Part shown: positions 8,474 through 18,065 of the stretch, piece by piece
Position numbering within the stretch: the stretch's first letter is position 1
Layout: every line of letters starts with the position of its first letter
From: Terriglobales bacterium
Lineage (GTDB): Bacteria > Acidobacteriota > Terriglobia > Terriglobales > SCQP01
Assembly: GCA_035553115.1 (NCBI GenBank)
Contig: DATNED010000034.1
Span: 1-62,994, forward strand
Reading direction: 5' to 3'
Length of the DNA: 62,994 nucleotides
Program-made: the position numbers and the translations under genes
The notes under the pieces: generated by a model
Told to the model about the DNA's origin: nothing
Seen by the model: only the letters and a program-made list of their open reading frames with translations
The model's database searches: none

Positions 8474-9247
8474 TTAGCGCCCTTGCGCGAGGCGGTGGGC
8501 GAGTCGGGGTGGAAGGCCGGCGCGCAGGATTCGCTCCTGGGCGGCTGGAAGATCGTAGGGGACGCGGCGGAACGTCACTTCGCGGGCTTGATCGTCATAG
8601 ATCGTGAAGGCCGCGCGCCAATCGCCGTCGCGCGGCTGGCCCACCGATCCCGGGTTGAGCATGTAGCGGCAATTCGGAAGCAGCTTCAGAACGCGCGCGA
8701 TCGGCTGTGCCGGAATCGGTGTATCCGCGGGCTGGCGTAGCGCGCCGGGGCCGGTCAGCAGCACGTGGATTTGATCGTGGTCGAGCACAAAGCCGCCCTG
8801 CACGTGGGTATGGCCGAACCACAACAACTCGAACGCATTGGACGCGAAGGCCCCCGCCGCTTGCACCGCTTCGACCACGTACTCGTCTTCGTCCATGGGC
8901 GAGCCGTGCACGAGGTTGCAGTCGCTCCAAGTCAAGGGCCCGGCGGGGAGGCTCTTGAGCCATTCGATGTGCTCGGGCTGGAGTTGGGCGTTGGTCCATC
9001 GCGCGGCGGTGGCGGCGCCGGGATTGAATTCGGCGATGCCGTCGAGTGAGGCACAGGCGCGGTCGTGGTTGCCGCGAATGATCGTCGGGGTATGCTGGCG
9101 CACCCATGCGCTGGTTTCGTTGGGGCTGGCGCCGTAGCCGACGATGTCCCCCAGGCAGATGCTGGCGTCCACCTCGCCGGCCGCTGCCGCAACGGCTTCG
9201 AGCGCCTCCCAGTTGGCGTGGACGTCGCTGTAGACAAGGACGCGCAT
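8474..9247 (-). CDS. Metallophosphoesterase family protein (YfcE/MJ0936-like)
   Basis: Calcineurin-like motifs are all present in order: YSDVHAN, LGDIVGYG, RGNHD, FGHTH, NPGSVGQPRD. ATG at 9247, two codons inside the tracked ORF start. Confidence 0.85.
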   Translation of the reverse strand: MRVLVYSDVHANWEALEAVAAAAGEVDASICLGDIVGYGASPNETSAWVRQHTPTIIRGNHDRACASLDGIAEFNPGAATAARWTNAQLQPEHIEWLKSLPAGPLTWSDCNLVHGSPMDEDEYVVEAVQAAGAFASNAFELLWFGHTHVQGGFVLDHDQIHVLLTGPGALRQPADTPIPAQPIARVLKLLPNCRYMLNPGSVGQPRDGDWRAAFTIYDDQAREVTFRRVPYDLPAAQERILRAGLPPRLAHRLAQGR

Positions 9248-9340
9248 GAGCAATAGCTCAACCAGTGTACGGGAACTCGAGCAGAAACAGGAATTGCAGC
9301 GAAAATCCGCTCGCGGCGGTCGCGCGAACTTTGGGAATGC

Positions 9341-10390
9341 CTATTCGCGTTCGAGCGCTTGGTGCAGGGCTTGGCGCAGTTGGCGCAGCTCGCGTTGCAA
9401 ATCGCCCAGGCGCGAAAATGCGGCGGTGGCGCGCAGCCACTGCGCGTGATCGAAGGCCGGCGAGCCGCTGTACATCTTGCCCGGCTCCAAGTCTCCGTGG
9501 GTGCCGCTCTGCGCCGTGACGATGGCGCCCGCGCCGATGCGGCAATGGCCCGCCACGCCGACTTGGCCGGCCAGCAGCGCGCCGGCTCCGACTTCGGTGC
9601 TGCCCGCGAGGCCGACTTGGGCGCAGAGCACCACGTTTTCCTCCAGTTGGCAGTTGTGCGCGATTTGACTGAGGTTGTCGATCTTGCAGCCTGGACCGAT
9701 GCGGGTGGCGTCGAGGCTCCCGCGGTCCACGCAGGCGTTGGCCTGCAGCTCGACCCGGTCGCCGATCTCGACCGTGCCGACCTGCGGAATCTTGGCGTGC
9801 GAGCCGTCGGCCCGGCGTGCGAATCCAAAGCCGTCGCCGCCCACGACCACGCCCGGCTGCAGAATGATATCGTCCCCCAGGCGCGTGCCTTCGCGCACCA
9901 CCGCATGGGCGTGCATCAGCAGGCGATCGCCCGCGATCACATCCGGATACAGCACGGCGTGGGGATGGATCACCGCATCGGCGCCGACCCGGCAGCCGGA
10001 CCCAATCGCCACAAACGCGCCGATGTGGCAGCGCGGCCCCAGCACAGCGGAGGGATGAATGCTGGCAGAGGGATGTATTCCCGCTTCCGGGCGCCAAGCT
10101 GGCCGCAGCAACTGAACCGCGGCTGCTGCTGCCACCGCAGGTTCGCCAGTGCGCAGCCAGGCGAAGCCAGGGCCGCCGTTGGACCCCCGCGGGAAGGCGG
10201 GCACCTCCACGCCGACGATCAGCGCCGATGCCCGGCTCGCTGCCGCCAGCCCCGCTCGGCGCCGATCGGCCAAATACGAAAGATCCCCGGGATGGGCCGC
10301 CTCTAGGCTGGCAAACCCGGTGATCTCGATTCCGGCATCGCCGTCGCAGCGGCAATCTAGCAGCTTGGCGAGTTCGCCCAGCCGTATCAC
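9341..10390 (-). CDS. lpxD: UDP-3-O-(3-hydroxyacyl)glucosamine N-acyltransferase
   Basis: 349 aa with an LpxD-type N-terminal domain (LGELAKLL...[16 protein letters not shown]), followed by long left-handed beta-helix hexapeptide repeats. GTG start overlaps the upstream stop (GTGA). Confidence 0.93.
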   Translation of the reverse strand: MIRLGELAKLLDCRCDGDAGIEITGFASLEAAHPGDLSYLADRRRAGLAAASRASALIVGVEVPAFPRGSNGGPGFAWLRTGEPAVAAAAAVQLLRPAWRPEAGIHPSASIHPSAVLGPRCHIGAFVAIGSGCRVGADAVIHPHAVLYPDVIAGDRLLMHAHAVVREGTRLGDDIILQPGVVVGGDGFGFARRADGSHAKIPQVGTVEIGDRVELQANACVDRGSLDATRIGPGCKIDNLSQIAHNCQLEENVVLCAQVGLAGSTEVGAGALLAGQVGVAGHCRIGAGAIVTAQSGTHGDLEPGKMYSGSPAFDHAQWLRATAAFSRLGDLQRELRQLRQALHQALERE

Positions 10391-10899
10391 TGCGGGCCCT
10401 CAGCGGCTTCAGCTCCAAAAAGTTGCGGTTGGGCGTTGTTCAGCAGCGCAGGCGTTCGGCGCCGGCGCGGTGGGCGCACGACTTCGATCACCGCAAGGTG
10501 CTCGAGCGCGGCTCGGAAGACAAAAATGCGCTGCCAAGCGCTGTCGAGCCCCAGGGGAGAGAGCCAGATCCCGCGCTCGAGAAGAAGCAGGTCCGAGGCC
10601 AAAACCCCCTCGGCTACCGAGCGATCGGCCAGGCGCAGCCGCAGCCAGACTCCGGGCTGGCGCGCGCTGCCCCGATGCAACGGACGAGGAGCGCGCAAGG
10701 CTGCCTCATCGGAAAACCTCGCCACGAAATAAATGCATACGCACTCCGCCACCGGCAGCGACAAGGATTCCCCCGTGGGCCGCGCCAGCTCAATCTTCGT
10801 CAGATCCCCGGATTCCAGCTGTTCGGGCGAAAAAAACCCCGCCAGCAATCCCAGGTGACGATGGCGAACGACGACCTTTTTGTGTGTCGAGTAGGGCAC
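10387..10899 (-). CDS. Hypothetical protein with two similar ~60-aa modules, translationally coupled to lpxD
   Basis: 170-aa ORF with a GTG start and no signal peptide. The two halves share a pattern ([15 protein letters not shown]...IYFV and [17 protein letters not shown]...IFVF). I did not recognise a family. Confidence 0.6.
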   Translation of the reverse strand: MPYSTHKKVVVRHRHLGLLAGFFSPEQLESGDLTKIELARPTGESLSLPVAECVCIYFVARFSDEAALRAPRPLHRGSARQPGVWLRLRLADRSVAEGVLASDLLLLERGIWLSPLGLDSAWQRIFVFRAALEHLAVIEVVRPPRRRRTPALLNNAQPQLFGAEAAEGPQ

Positions 10900-11000
10900 C
10901 GCGTTGACTCAATTGGGGCGCGCAGCGGATATTCGCTGGCACCTGTGGCGCAACTCTAGTATGATTCTCTTGGACTGATCCGTATAATCACTGTAAGTCG

Positions 11001-11939
11001 TTGAGTGCAAAACACTTGAACGCCTCCATCGCAGAGACTCCCGCCTTGGTCCTGACCCCCTCCATGGAGGCGCTGTTGAACAGCGCCCAAGTGGAGAAAG
11101 GGCTTGCTCGGAACAGTTTAGCGGCCTACCGACGGGATCTGCAGCAATTCCAACGGTGGTGCCAAATGCGTAACCTCGCGCCTGAGGCCTGCACCACCGC
11201 GGAACTGCAGCAGTACCTGGGCTGGATGCATGATCGAGGCTTGGGCGCTCGCAGCGTCACCCGCCACCTCACCGTGGTGCGAAACTTCTTTCGTTTCTTG
11301 GTCTTGAACGATGGCTTGCGCGCCGATCCCAGCGAGCCGCTGGCTGGGCCGAGGTTCGGCAAGCGCATTCCGAATCCGCTTTCCCAGCACGATGTTGCCC
11401 GGCTCCTCGAGAGTGTGAAGCCGGAACTCGGCACTGGACGCCAGCAGCGCACCCTGCGCCTGCGCGACTTGGCCATGCTGCACTTGCTCTATGGCAGCGG
11501 GCTTCGCGTCACCGAACTGGTGGCGCTCAAACCCACCGATTTGGACCTGCAGGCCGGCCTGGTTCGCTGCTGCGGCAAAGGCGATAAGCAGCGTTTGGTG
11601 CCCCTGAATCGCCGCGCCATCGCCATCGTGCGCCGCTACCTGGCCGGACCGGCGGGGAAGCAGAAATGGCTGTTTCAAGGCCGCGCCGGGCGGCCGCTGG
11701 GCCGCGGCATGGTCTGGCGGCGGCTGCAGCGCTGGGGTCAGGAGAGCGGCATGGAGCGCTCGCTGTATCCGCACCGGTTGCGTCACAGCTTTGCCACGCA
11801 TCTGCTCGAGGGCGGCGCGGATTTGCGCAGCCTTCAGGCGATGTTGGGGCACGCCGACATCCAAACCACCGAAATCTATACCCATGTGACGGCGGGCCGC
11901 TTGCGCACCGTGTATCGCGCCCACCATCCCCGGGCCTGA
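11001..11939 (+). CDS. xerD: Site-specific tyrosine recombinase XerD/XerC type
   Basis: Motifs: VEKGLARNSLAAYRRDL, GLRVTELVAL, and the catalytic C-terminus LRHSFATHLLEGGADLRSLQAMLGHADIQTTEIYTHV. The start is either TTG 11001 or a later ATG. Confidence 0.9.
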   Translation: MSAKHLNASIAETPALVLTPSMEALLNSAQVEKGLARNSLAAYRRDLQQFQRWCQMRNLAPEACTTAELQQYLGWMHDRGLGARSVTRHLTVVRNFFRFLVLNDGLRADPSEPLAGPRFGKRIPNPLSQHDVARLLESVKPELGTGRQQRTLRLRDLAMLHLLYGSGLRVTELVALKPTDLDLQAGLVRCCGKGDKQRLVPLNRRAIAIVRRYLAGPAGKQKWLFQGRAGRPLGRGMVWRRLQRWGQESGMERSLYPHRLRHSFATHLLEGGADLRSLQAMLGHADIQTTEIYTHVTAGRLRTVYRAHHPRA

Positions 11940-11950
11940 GGCGAGCGACC

Positions 11951-13519
11951 ATGGCGGATTTCAATTTCTTGCTCTCAACGCGGCTGAGCCAGGACCAACA
12001 GCAGGTGCTCGAGATCCTGCAGCAGGCGTGCCGGCGCGCGCGCTTGAATCTCTACCTCACCGGCGGGCCCATGCGCGATTTGTTGATCGGGCACCCGGTG
12101 CGCTTCCTGCATTTCACCACCGAAGGCAGCCCCCTGGGGCTGGCGCAGGTGCTTGCGGCGGCGGGTGCGGAGCATGTCAGCCCCCATCCCAGCTTGAGCA
12201 GCCTCGATTTGACCCTGCGCGGCGTGCGCCTGCGCCTGGCCGCGGCGCAAAGTGCCACCGGGCCCGGCACCATTGTCGAGGATCTCCGCCGGCGCGGGTT
12301 GACCGTCAATTCGATCGGGTTGTCCCTGAGCCCCGGTTCGCGCGGCTTGCCGATTGATCCTACCAACGGGGCCGCCGACATCGAGGCGCGGCTGCTGCGC
12401 ATCACCCATCCCTATGTCTTCCTCGAAGACCCGATTGTGTTGCTGCGCACAGTGCGCTTGGCGACACGGCTGGAGTTCGCGGTCGAGGAGCGCACGCAGG
12501 CGCGCATGGACTCCGCTCGCGAAGGCGATTATCTCCAGCGCGCCTCCCCCGGCGCGCGCGGGCAGGAGCTCGAGGCCATCGCCTACGAACCCGATCCCGC
12601 TACCGTGCTTAGAGCCCTGGAAAAGGAGGGCTGGCTTGCCGCTGCCTTTGGCGCTGGCGTGCGCACGGCAAAAATGAATCTCTCGGCGTTGACCAGGTTG
12701 GCGGCCGTGGTCGGAGGATGGGAACTGCTCGGAATGAACGTCGACTCCGGCCTCGCGGCGCTGCCGCTGATCCTGGGCGGATTGCCGCCGGCCGATCAGA
12801 ACCGTTTGGCGCAGTTGCTGCCGAGCCGGCATTTGGCGGCGGTATGGAAGAAGATTCGCCCGGACGCGATGCAATTCGAAAAACGGCTGCTGGCCGCGAG
12901 CGCGGGCGGCGGTGCGGACTGGCTGCGGCGCGCGCAGGAAGTGATCGAGCGCACGCCCGCCGAAGCCGTGGTCTTTGCCACGCTCGAGCCCAGCGACGCG
13001 AAGGCGGGAAAGAAGCTCAAGGATTTTCAAGCGGCAGCCGCGCTGCTTCGCCAACGCCTGCCCTTGGGTGTGTTGCGCGCCGCAGGCATGGCGCCGCACT
13101 CCCAGGCAGCCGAGGCGTTGCTGCGACCCTGGTATCGTCGGCTGCTCGGCGGCGAATCCTTGAGCGATGCGGATTTGGCTGAAGGAATGCGCAAGCAGGT
13201 GGCAGACAAGCTCCCGGCCCCCGCGGCTTCCAAGTCGCTCTCAGCCGGAGGAAAACCAGCGGGCGGCAAACCGGCGCTGAAGAGTGCGATCGCGCAAGCC
13301 AAGGCCGGCGCGGCCAAGGTGCCTGCGAAATCGCCTGGAACCGCGCCGCCTTCAGCTTCGAGCGCCAGCGTGCCGGCGAAAAAGTTCGCTCCCGCGGCGC
13401 CGGCGAAAAATGGGGGCGCCCGCCCGGCCTCGAAGCCTGCCGCAGCCAAGCTCCGCGTGGCCCCTGCCAGGGCGCTGAAGGGCAAGTCCAAGCCAGCAGC
13501 CAAAAAGAAGAAAAGGTAG
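11951..13519 (+). CDS. PolyA-polymerase/CCA-adding nucleotidyltransferase head-domain family protein, likely non-catalytic, with Lys/Ala/Pro-rich C-terminal tail
   Basis: ATG at 11951 (MADFNFLL). LYLTGGPMRDLLIGHPVRFLHFTT aligns to the NTase GG-x-RD...DxD motif, but both Asp positions are F52/H54. EDLRRRGLTVNS replaces RRDFTINA. The last ~105 aa are AKP-rich (..KPAGGKPALKSAIAQAKAGAAKVPAK...KSKPAAKKKKR). Confidence 0.75.
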   Translation: MADFNFLLSTRLSQDQQQVLEILQQACRRARLNLYLTGGPMRDLLIGHPVRFLHFTTEGSPLGLAQVLAAAGAEHVSPHPSLSSLDLTLRGVRLRLAAAQSATGPGTIVEDLRRRGLTVNSIGLSLSPGSRGLPIDPTNGAADIEARLLRITHPYVFLEDPIVLLRTVRLATRLEFAVEERTQARMDSAREGDYLQRASPGARGQELEAIAYEPDPATVLRALEKEGWLAAAFGAGVRTAKMNLSALTRLAAVVGGWELLGMNVDSGLAALPLILGGLPPADQNRLAQLLPSRHLAAVWKKIRPDAMQFEKRLLAASAGGGADWLRRAQEVIERTPAEAVVFATLEPSDAKAGKKLKDFQAAAALLRQRLPLGVLRAAGMAPHSQAAEALLRPWYRRLLGGESLSDADLAEGMRKQVADKLPAPAASKSLSAGGKPAGGKPALKSAIAQAKAGAAKVPAKSPGTAPPSASSASVPAKKFAPAAPAKNGGARPASKPAAAKLRVAPARALKGKSKPAAKKKKR

Positions 13520-13557
13520 CGCCGGCCGGTATAATGGGAGAGTTCCCGCGCCTGGCC

Positions 13558-16500
13558 ATGGCCTCCGATTCTTTTGTTCACCTGCACGTCCACTCGGATT
13601 ACTCGCTGCTGGACGGTGCCTGCGATGTGAACAAGCTGGTCGCGACCGCCAAGCACCACGGCATGCAGGCCGTGGCGCTGACCGACCATGGCAATCTGTT
13701 TGGCGCTTGGAGCTTCCACGCCGCGGCGCGCGCAGCCGGAATCAAGCCGATTCTCGGTTGCGAGCTGTACATCTCAAAATCCGAGGACCATCGCAGCCGC
13801 GACAATGATGGCTACAATCACCTCATCGTCCTGTGCCAGAGCGCCGCCGGGTACCGCAATCTGGTGCAAATCGTCTCGGAAGCGAGCTTGCACGGCTTCT
13901 ATTACAAGCCGCGCATCAGCAAGTCGTATCTGGCCGCGCATTCCGAAGGCTTGATCGGGCTTTCAGCCTGCCTCAAGGGCGAAGTGCAGGAATGGCTCAC
14001 CGCGGGCCAGCCGGAGTCCGCCGCCAGAGCCGCGGCCGAGTACCGCGACCTGTTCGGGGCTGGGAATTTCTATCTCGAGATCCAGAACCAAAATCTAGAA
14101 CAGGAACATCGGATTCAGGACAGCTTGATCGAGTTGAGCCGCCGCACCGATTTGCCGCTCGTGGCCACCAACGACTGCCACTATTTGGATGCCGGCGATG
14201 CGCGCATGCACGATGTGCTGCTCTGCATCCAGACAGGCAAGCGCGTCAATGACGCCCAGCGCATGCGCTTCGGCAGCGACCAGTTCTTCTTGAAAACCGG
14301 CGAGCAGATGGCGCGCATGTTCTCGGGAATCGAGCACGCCGTGCACCGCACCGCGGCCGTGGCGGAGCGCTGCGATTTTCATCTCAAGAAGGTGGATGCG
14401 CCCTTTCCGGAGTTTTCGGTCCCCTCCGGCATGGGCCTGGAGGAGTACTTCGAGCAGACCGTACGCGCTGGAATGGCGGCGCGTGAGCCCTGGATCGCGG
14501 AACGCCGGCGCCTCGGGCGCGTGCGGCACGCCCCGGAGGCGTATCGCGAGCGCCTCGACCGCGAGATCAGCATGATCCGTGGCATGCACTTCACCGGATA
14601 CTTTCTGATCGTGTGGGATTTCATCCGCTTCGCCCGCGAGCGCCGAATTCCAGTCGGCCCGGGGCGCGGATCGGCGGCCGGGAGCTTGGTCTCCTATGCG
14701 CTCGGCATCACCGATCTCGATCCCTTGGAGCATGATCTGCTGTTCGAGCGCTTCTTGAATCCGCAGCGGATCTCCATGCCGGACATTGACATCGATTTCT
14801 GCATGAATCGGCGCGGCGAAGTCATCGAGTACGTCACCAGGAAATACGGACGCGACAACGTCAGCCAGATCATCACGTTTGGAACCATGGCCGCCAAGGC
14901 CGCCATCAAGGATGTTGGGCGGGCCATGGATCTGCCCTATGGCGAGGTGGATCGGATTGCCAAGATGGTGCCGAACCAGCTGAACATCACCCTGGCCTCC
15001 GCCCTGGAGCAATCCGCGCCGCTGCGCGAACTGGCGCTATCGGATCCGAAAGTAGGTGAGCTCATGGAAGTGGCGCAGAAGGTCGAGGGCCTCTGCCGGC
15101 ACGCCGGCATGCACGCGGCCGGCGTCGTGATCTCTCCCCGGCCCCTCACCGAGCTGGTGCCGCTCTACAAGACCAACCGCGACGAAATTGTCACCCAATT
15201 CGACATGAACGGCCTCGAATCACTCGGGCTGTTGAAGATGGATTTCTTGGGATTGACCACGCTCACCATCCTCCAGGAGGCGGTGGAGAGCATCGAACGC
15301 GTCCGCGGCAAGCGCCTCGACTTGGCGCAGTTGCCCGACGATGACGCGGCCACCTTCGAGATATTTTGCAAAGGCCAGACCGATGGCGTGTTCCAGTTTG
15401 AATCCGCCGGCATGCGCGACATCTTGCGCCGCTACCGCCCGAACCGGCTCAGTGATCTGACCGCCCTCAATGCGCTGTACCGCCCCGGCCCCATCCAAGG
15501 CGGCATGATTGACGATTTCATCGAGCGCCGGCACGGACGCAAGCAAATCACCTACGACCTGCCCGCGCTGGAGCCGGTGCTTGCCGAGACTTTCGGCGTT
15601 TTCGTCTACCAGGAGCAAGTCATGCAGGCGGCCAACGCCATTGCCGGATATTCGCTGGCCGAGGCGGATATCTTGCGCAAGGCGATGGGAAAGAAGAAGC
15701 AGCAGGAGATGGACGAGCAGCGCGCGACGTTCCTTGCGGGCGCGAAAGAACGCGGCTTTGCAGCCGATCGCGCGGCGCGCATCTTTGATCTCATGGCGCA
15801 ATTCGCCGGCTATGGCTTCAACAAGAGCCACTCGGCGGCCTACGCCTGGGTGGCGTATCAGACCGCCTACTTGAAAGCGCATTACCCGGTGGAGTTCATG
15901 GCCGCGGTGCTGAACGCGAGCATTGCCTCGACCGACAGCATGGTGAAGTACATCAAAGAGTGCCGTGAAATGAAGCTGCCGATCGAGGCGCCCGATATCA
16001 ATTTGAGCGGCGCGGGGTTCACCCCCCAGGACTCCGTCATTCGCTTCGGGCTGAACGCCATCAAAAATGTCGGCGAGGCGAGCGTGCAGGCCGTCGTTGC
16101 GGCCCGGCAACTGCGCCCCATCGCCGATCTTTTTGATCTCTGCGAGCGGGTCGAGGGGCGGGCGCTGAACCGGCGGGTGGTGGAAAGCTTGATCAAGAGC
16201 GGCGCGCTCGACCGCTTCGGTCCGCGCGCGGCTCTGATGGCCCAGGTGGAGCGCGCCCTCGAGCAGGCGCAGAAGGCGCGCGGGGCACAGCACTCCGGCC
16301 AGCATGGCCTGTTCTTGAGCTTCGACGGCGACCCTGCCGCGGCGCCGCCGCTGCCCCAGGTCGCCGAGTGGGACGAAGCCACCCGCCTCGCTGCCGAGAA
16401 GGAGGTGCTCGGATACTACGTCAGCGGACATCCGTTGGATCGGTTCGGCGACCGCTGCTCCGACCTGGGTGCGGTGGCGATCGAGGATGTCGCCGGCGGC

Positions 16501-17034
16501 CGCGCGGCCGAAGTGCTCGTGGCGGGCTTGCTGTCGCAAGTGCAGGTGAAGCGCAATAAGAAGGGCGAGGCCTGGGCCACGGCGGCGATCGAAGACCTGA
16601 CCGGAAGACGCGAGCTCCTGTGCTTTGCTGAGGCATACCGCCGATTGGAACCCAGCCTGCGGCTGACGCAGCCCATGCTTGCCAAGGTGCGAGTGCTGGC
16701 GGACGAGGGCAACGGCGAAGAGAACACGGAGGTCAAGCTGCAGTTGCTGGATTTGTCGGATTTGGCCAGCGCAGCGGTCACGCCCCCTAAGGCGCTTCGT
16801 TTGCGCCTGGCGCTGGATCTGCTCGAACCTCAGGCCCTCGAGCGGTTGGCGGCGATGCTGGCGCATTCTGCCGGATCGGCTAAGATTCATGTACATGCCT
16901 ATTCCAAATCTGGGCAATTCGAGCAGATCCTGGAAGTGCAGGCCCCGGTGGCGGGCGGCACGGCGTTTCGGCGCGAGCTGGAGGTGGTTTGCGGAAAGGG
17001 TTCGGTGCAAGTGATCGCGGCGGAGGCACGATGA
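13558..17034 (+). CDS. dnaE: DNA polymerase III subunit alpha
   Basis: PHP domain start FVHLHVHSDYSLLDG, GPGRGSAAGSLVSYALGITDLDP, and PDIDIDF are present, and the length is about 1160 aa. An alternative ATG lies at 13534. Confidence 0.97.
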   Translation: MASDSFVHLHVHSDYSLLDGACDVNKLVATAKHHGMQAVALTDHGNLFGAWSFHAAARAAGIKPILGCELYISKSEDHRSRDNDGYNHLIVLCQSAAGYRNLVQIVSEASLHGFYYKPRISKSYLAAHSEGLIGLSACLKGEVQEWLTAGQPESAARAAAEYRDLFGAGNFYLEIQNQNLEQEHRIQDSLIELSRRTDLPLVATNDCHYLDAGDARMHDVLLCIQTGKRVNDAQRMRFGSDQFFLKTGEQMARMFSGIEHAVHRTAAVAERCDFHLKKVDAPFPEFSVPSGMGLEEYFEQTVRAGMAAREPWIAERRRLGRVRHAPEAYRERLDREISMIRGMHFTGYFLIVWDFIRFARERRIPVGPGRGSAAGSLVSYALGITDLDPLEHDLLFERFLNPQRISMPDIDIDFCMNRRGEVIEYVTRKYGRDNVSQIITFGTMAAKAAIKDVGRAMDLPYGEVDRIAKMVPNQLNITLASALEQSAPLRELALSDPKVGELMEVAQKVEGLCRHAGMHAAGVVISPRPLTELVPLYKTNRDEIVTQFDMNGLESLGLLKMDFLGLTTLTILQEAVESIERVRGKRLDLAQLPDDDAATFEIFCKGQTDGVFQFESAGMRDILRRYRPNRLSDLTALNALYRPGPIQGGMIDDFIERRHGRKQITYDLPALEPVLAETFGVFVYQEQVMQAANAIAGYSLAEADILRKAMGKKKQQEMDEQRATFLAGAKERGFAADRAARIFDLMAQFAGYGFNKSHSAAYAWVAYQTAYLKAHYPVEFMAAVLNASIASTDSMVKYIKECREMKLPIEAPDINLSGAGFTPQDSVIRFGLNAIKNVGEASVQAVVAARQLRPIADLFDLCERVEGRALNRRVVESLIKSGALDRFGPRAALMAQVERALEQAQKARGAQHSGQHGLFLSFDGDPAAAPPLPQVAEWDEATRLAAEKEVLGYYVSGHPLDRFGDRCSDLGAVAIEDVAGGRAAEVLVAGLLSQVQVKRNKKGEAWATAAIEDLTGRRELLCFAEAYRRLEPSLRLTQPMLAKVRVLADEGNGEENTEVKLQLLDLSDLASAAVTPPKALRLRLALDLLEPQALERLAAMLAHSAGSAKIHVHAYSKSGQFEQILEVQAPVAGGTAFRRELEVVCGKGSVQVIAAEAR

Positions 17035-17894
17035 GTGAAGCCAATGCTGTTCCTCAAGCAACCGCCGTTCAGGAGCCTGCTCCCATTCCTGGCGCAGACG
17101 GCGAAGCCTGGAAACGCGTGCAGTTGGCGCGCCATCCCCAGCGCCCGACATTCTTGGAGTGGGCCGCCGCGTTGTTTTCTGATTTCAACGAGCTGCACGG
17201 CGATCGGCGCTTCGCCGATGATGCCGCGATTGTGGGCGGGTTCGCGCGCTTTCGCGATCGCGAAGTGATGGCCATCGGCCAGCAAAAAGGCCGCGACATC
17301 AAAGAAAAAGTGCGCCGCAACTTCGGCATGCCGCAGCCCGAGGGCTTTCGCAAGGCGCTGCGGCTGATGCGATTGGCGGAGAAATTTGACCGCCCGGTGT
17401 TGACCTTCATTGATTCCTCCGGCGCGTATCCGGGCATTGAGGCCGAAGAGCGCGGCCAGGCAGAGGCCATTGCCGTCAATCTGCGCGAGATGGCCCGCCT
17501 CCGCGTGCCTATCATCGCCACTGTGACCGGGGAAGGGCAGAGCGGAGGCGCGCTGGCCATCGCGGTCGCCAATCAAGTGCTGATGCTCGAGAACGCAATC
17601 TATTCGGTCATCAGCCCGGAGGGCTGCGCCTCGATTACATGGCGCGATGCCAATATGAAGGCCATCGCCGCCGAAGCTTTGAAGCCCACCGCCGCCGACA
17701 TGCTTCAGTTGAGGCTGGTGGATGAAGTCGTACCTGAGCCGCCCGCTGGAGCCCACGCCGATCCGGCGGCGGCGGCGAGCTTGCTCGGAGACGTCATCGA
17801 GCGCGGCCTCGCAGCGATCGCGACAATGACGCCAGATGCCCTCTGCCAATCCCGGTACCAGAGGCTCAGGAGCCTCGGCAGCTATTTCAGCTGA
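17031..17894 (+). CDS. accA: Acetyl-CoA carboxylase carboxyltransferase subunit alpha
   Basis: Motifs: ARHPQRPT, FIDSSGAYPGIEAEERGQAEAIA, GEGQSGGALAI. The ATG overlaps the dnaE stop (ATGA). Confidence 0.95.
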   Translation: MSEANAVPQATAVQEPAPIPGADGEAWKRVQLARHPQRPTFLEWAAALFSDFNELHGDRRFADDAAIVGGFARFRDREVMAIGQQKGRDIKEKVRRNFGMPQPEGFRKALRLMRLAEKFDRPVLTFIDSSGAYPGIEAEERGQAEAIAVNLREMARLRVPIIATVTGEGQSGGALAIAVANQVLMLENAIYSVISPEGCASITWRDANMKAIAAEALKPTAADMLQLRLVDEVVPEPPAGAHADPAAAASLLGDVIERGLAAIATMTPDALCQSRYQRLRSLGSYFS

Positions 17895-18065
17895 TCAGCA
17901 AACAGGCAAAATCTTCCGCCTTGCGCCGCGGCAGCAAGGCAGAATTTGCGCCTCAGGCGCCCCGTCCTTGCCGTTGGACTCCGCAAGTCCTTGCCTCGCA
18001 TTAGATTTTGCTTTGGCACGAGCATTGCAATGAAAAGAAGTAGACGAAGTGGCGCAACCTGAAAA

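Noticed and set aside
8474-9247. Gasdermin-like or other substrate gene next to the CHAT protease
   Set aside because: The only adjacent ~260-aa gene has the full calcineurin-like phosphoesterase motif set and is convergent, so it is not a gasdermin.
10985-11011. CIRCE-like TAATCACTG-N9-GAGTGCAAA just upstream of xerD
   Set aside because: Only 14/18 positions match the consensus, the inverted-repeat symmetry is poor (5/9), and it is not associated with chaperone genes.
11001-11939. Tyrosine recombinase as a marker of an integrated mobile element
   Set aside because: The sequence is XerD/XerC-like and embedded in a housekeeping operon. There are no flanking att-like repeats, tRNA gene, phage genes or compositional shift.
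13530-13535. Perfect TATAAT 22 nt upstream of the dnaE ATG as an internal promoter
   Set aside because: There is no acceptable -35 element at 16-18 nt spacing. It also overlaps the alternative ATG at 13534, so it cannot be supported from sequence alone.
15220-17151. 643-aa ORF on the - strand
   Set aside because: It is antisense to dnaE and accA and has the same artefact signature.
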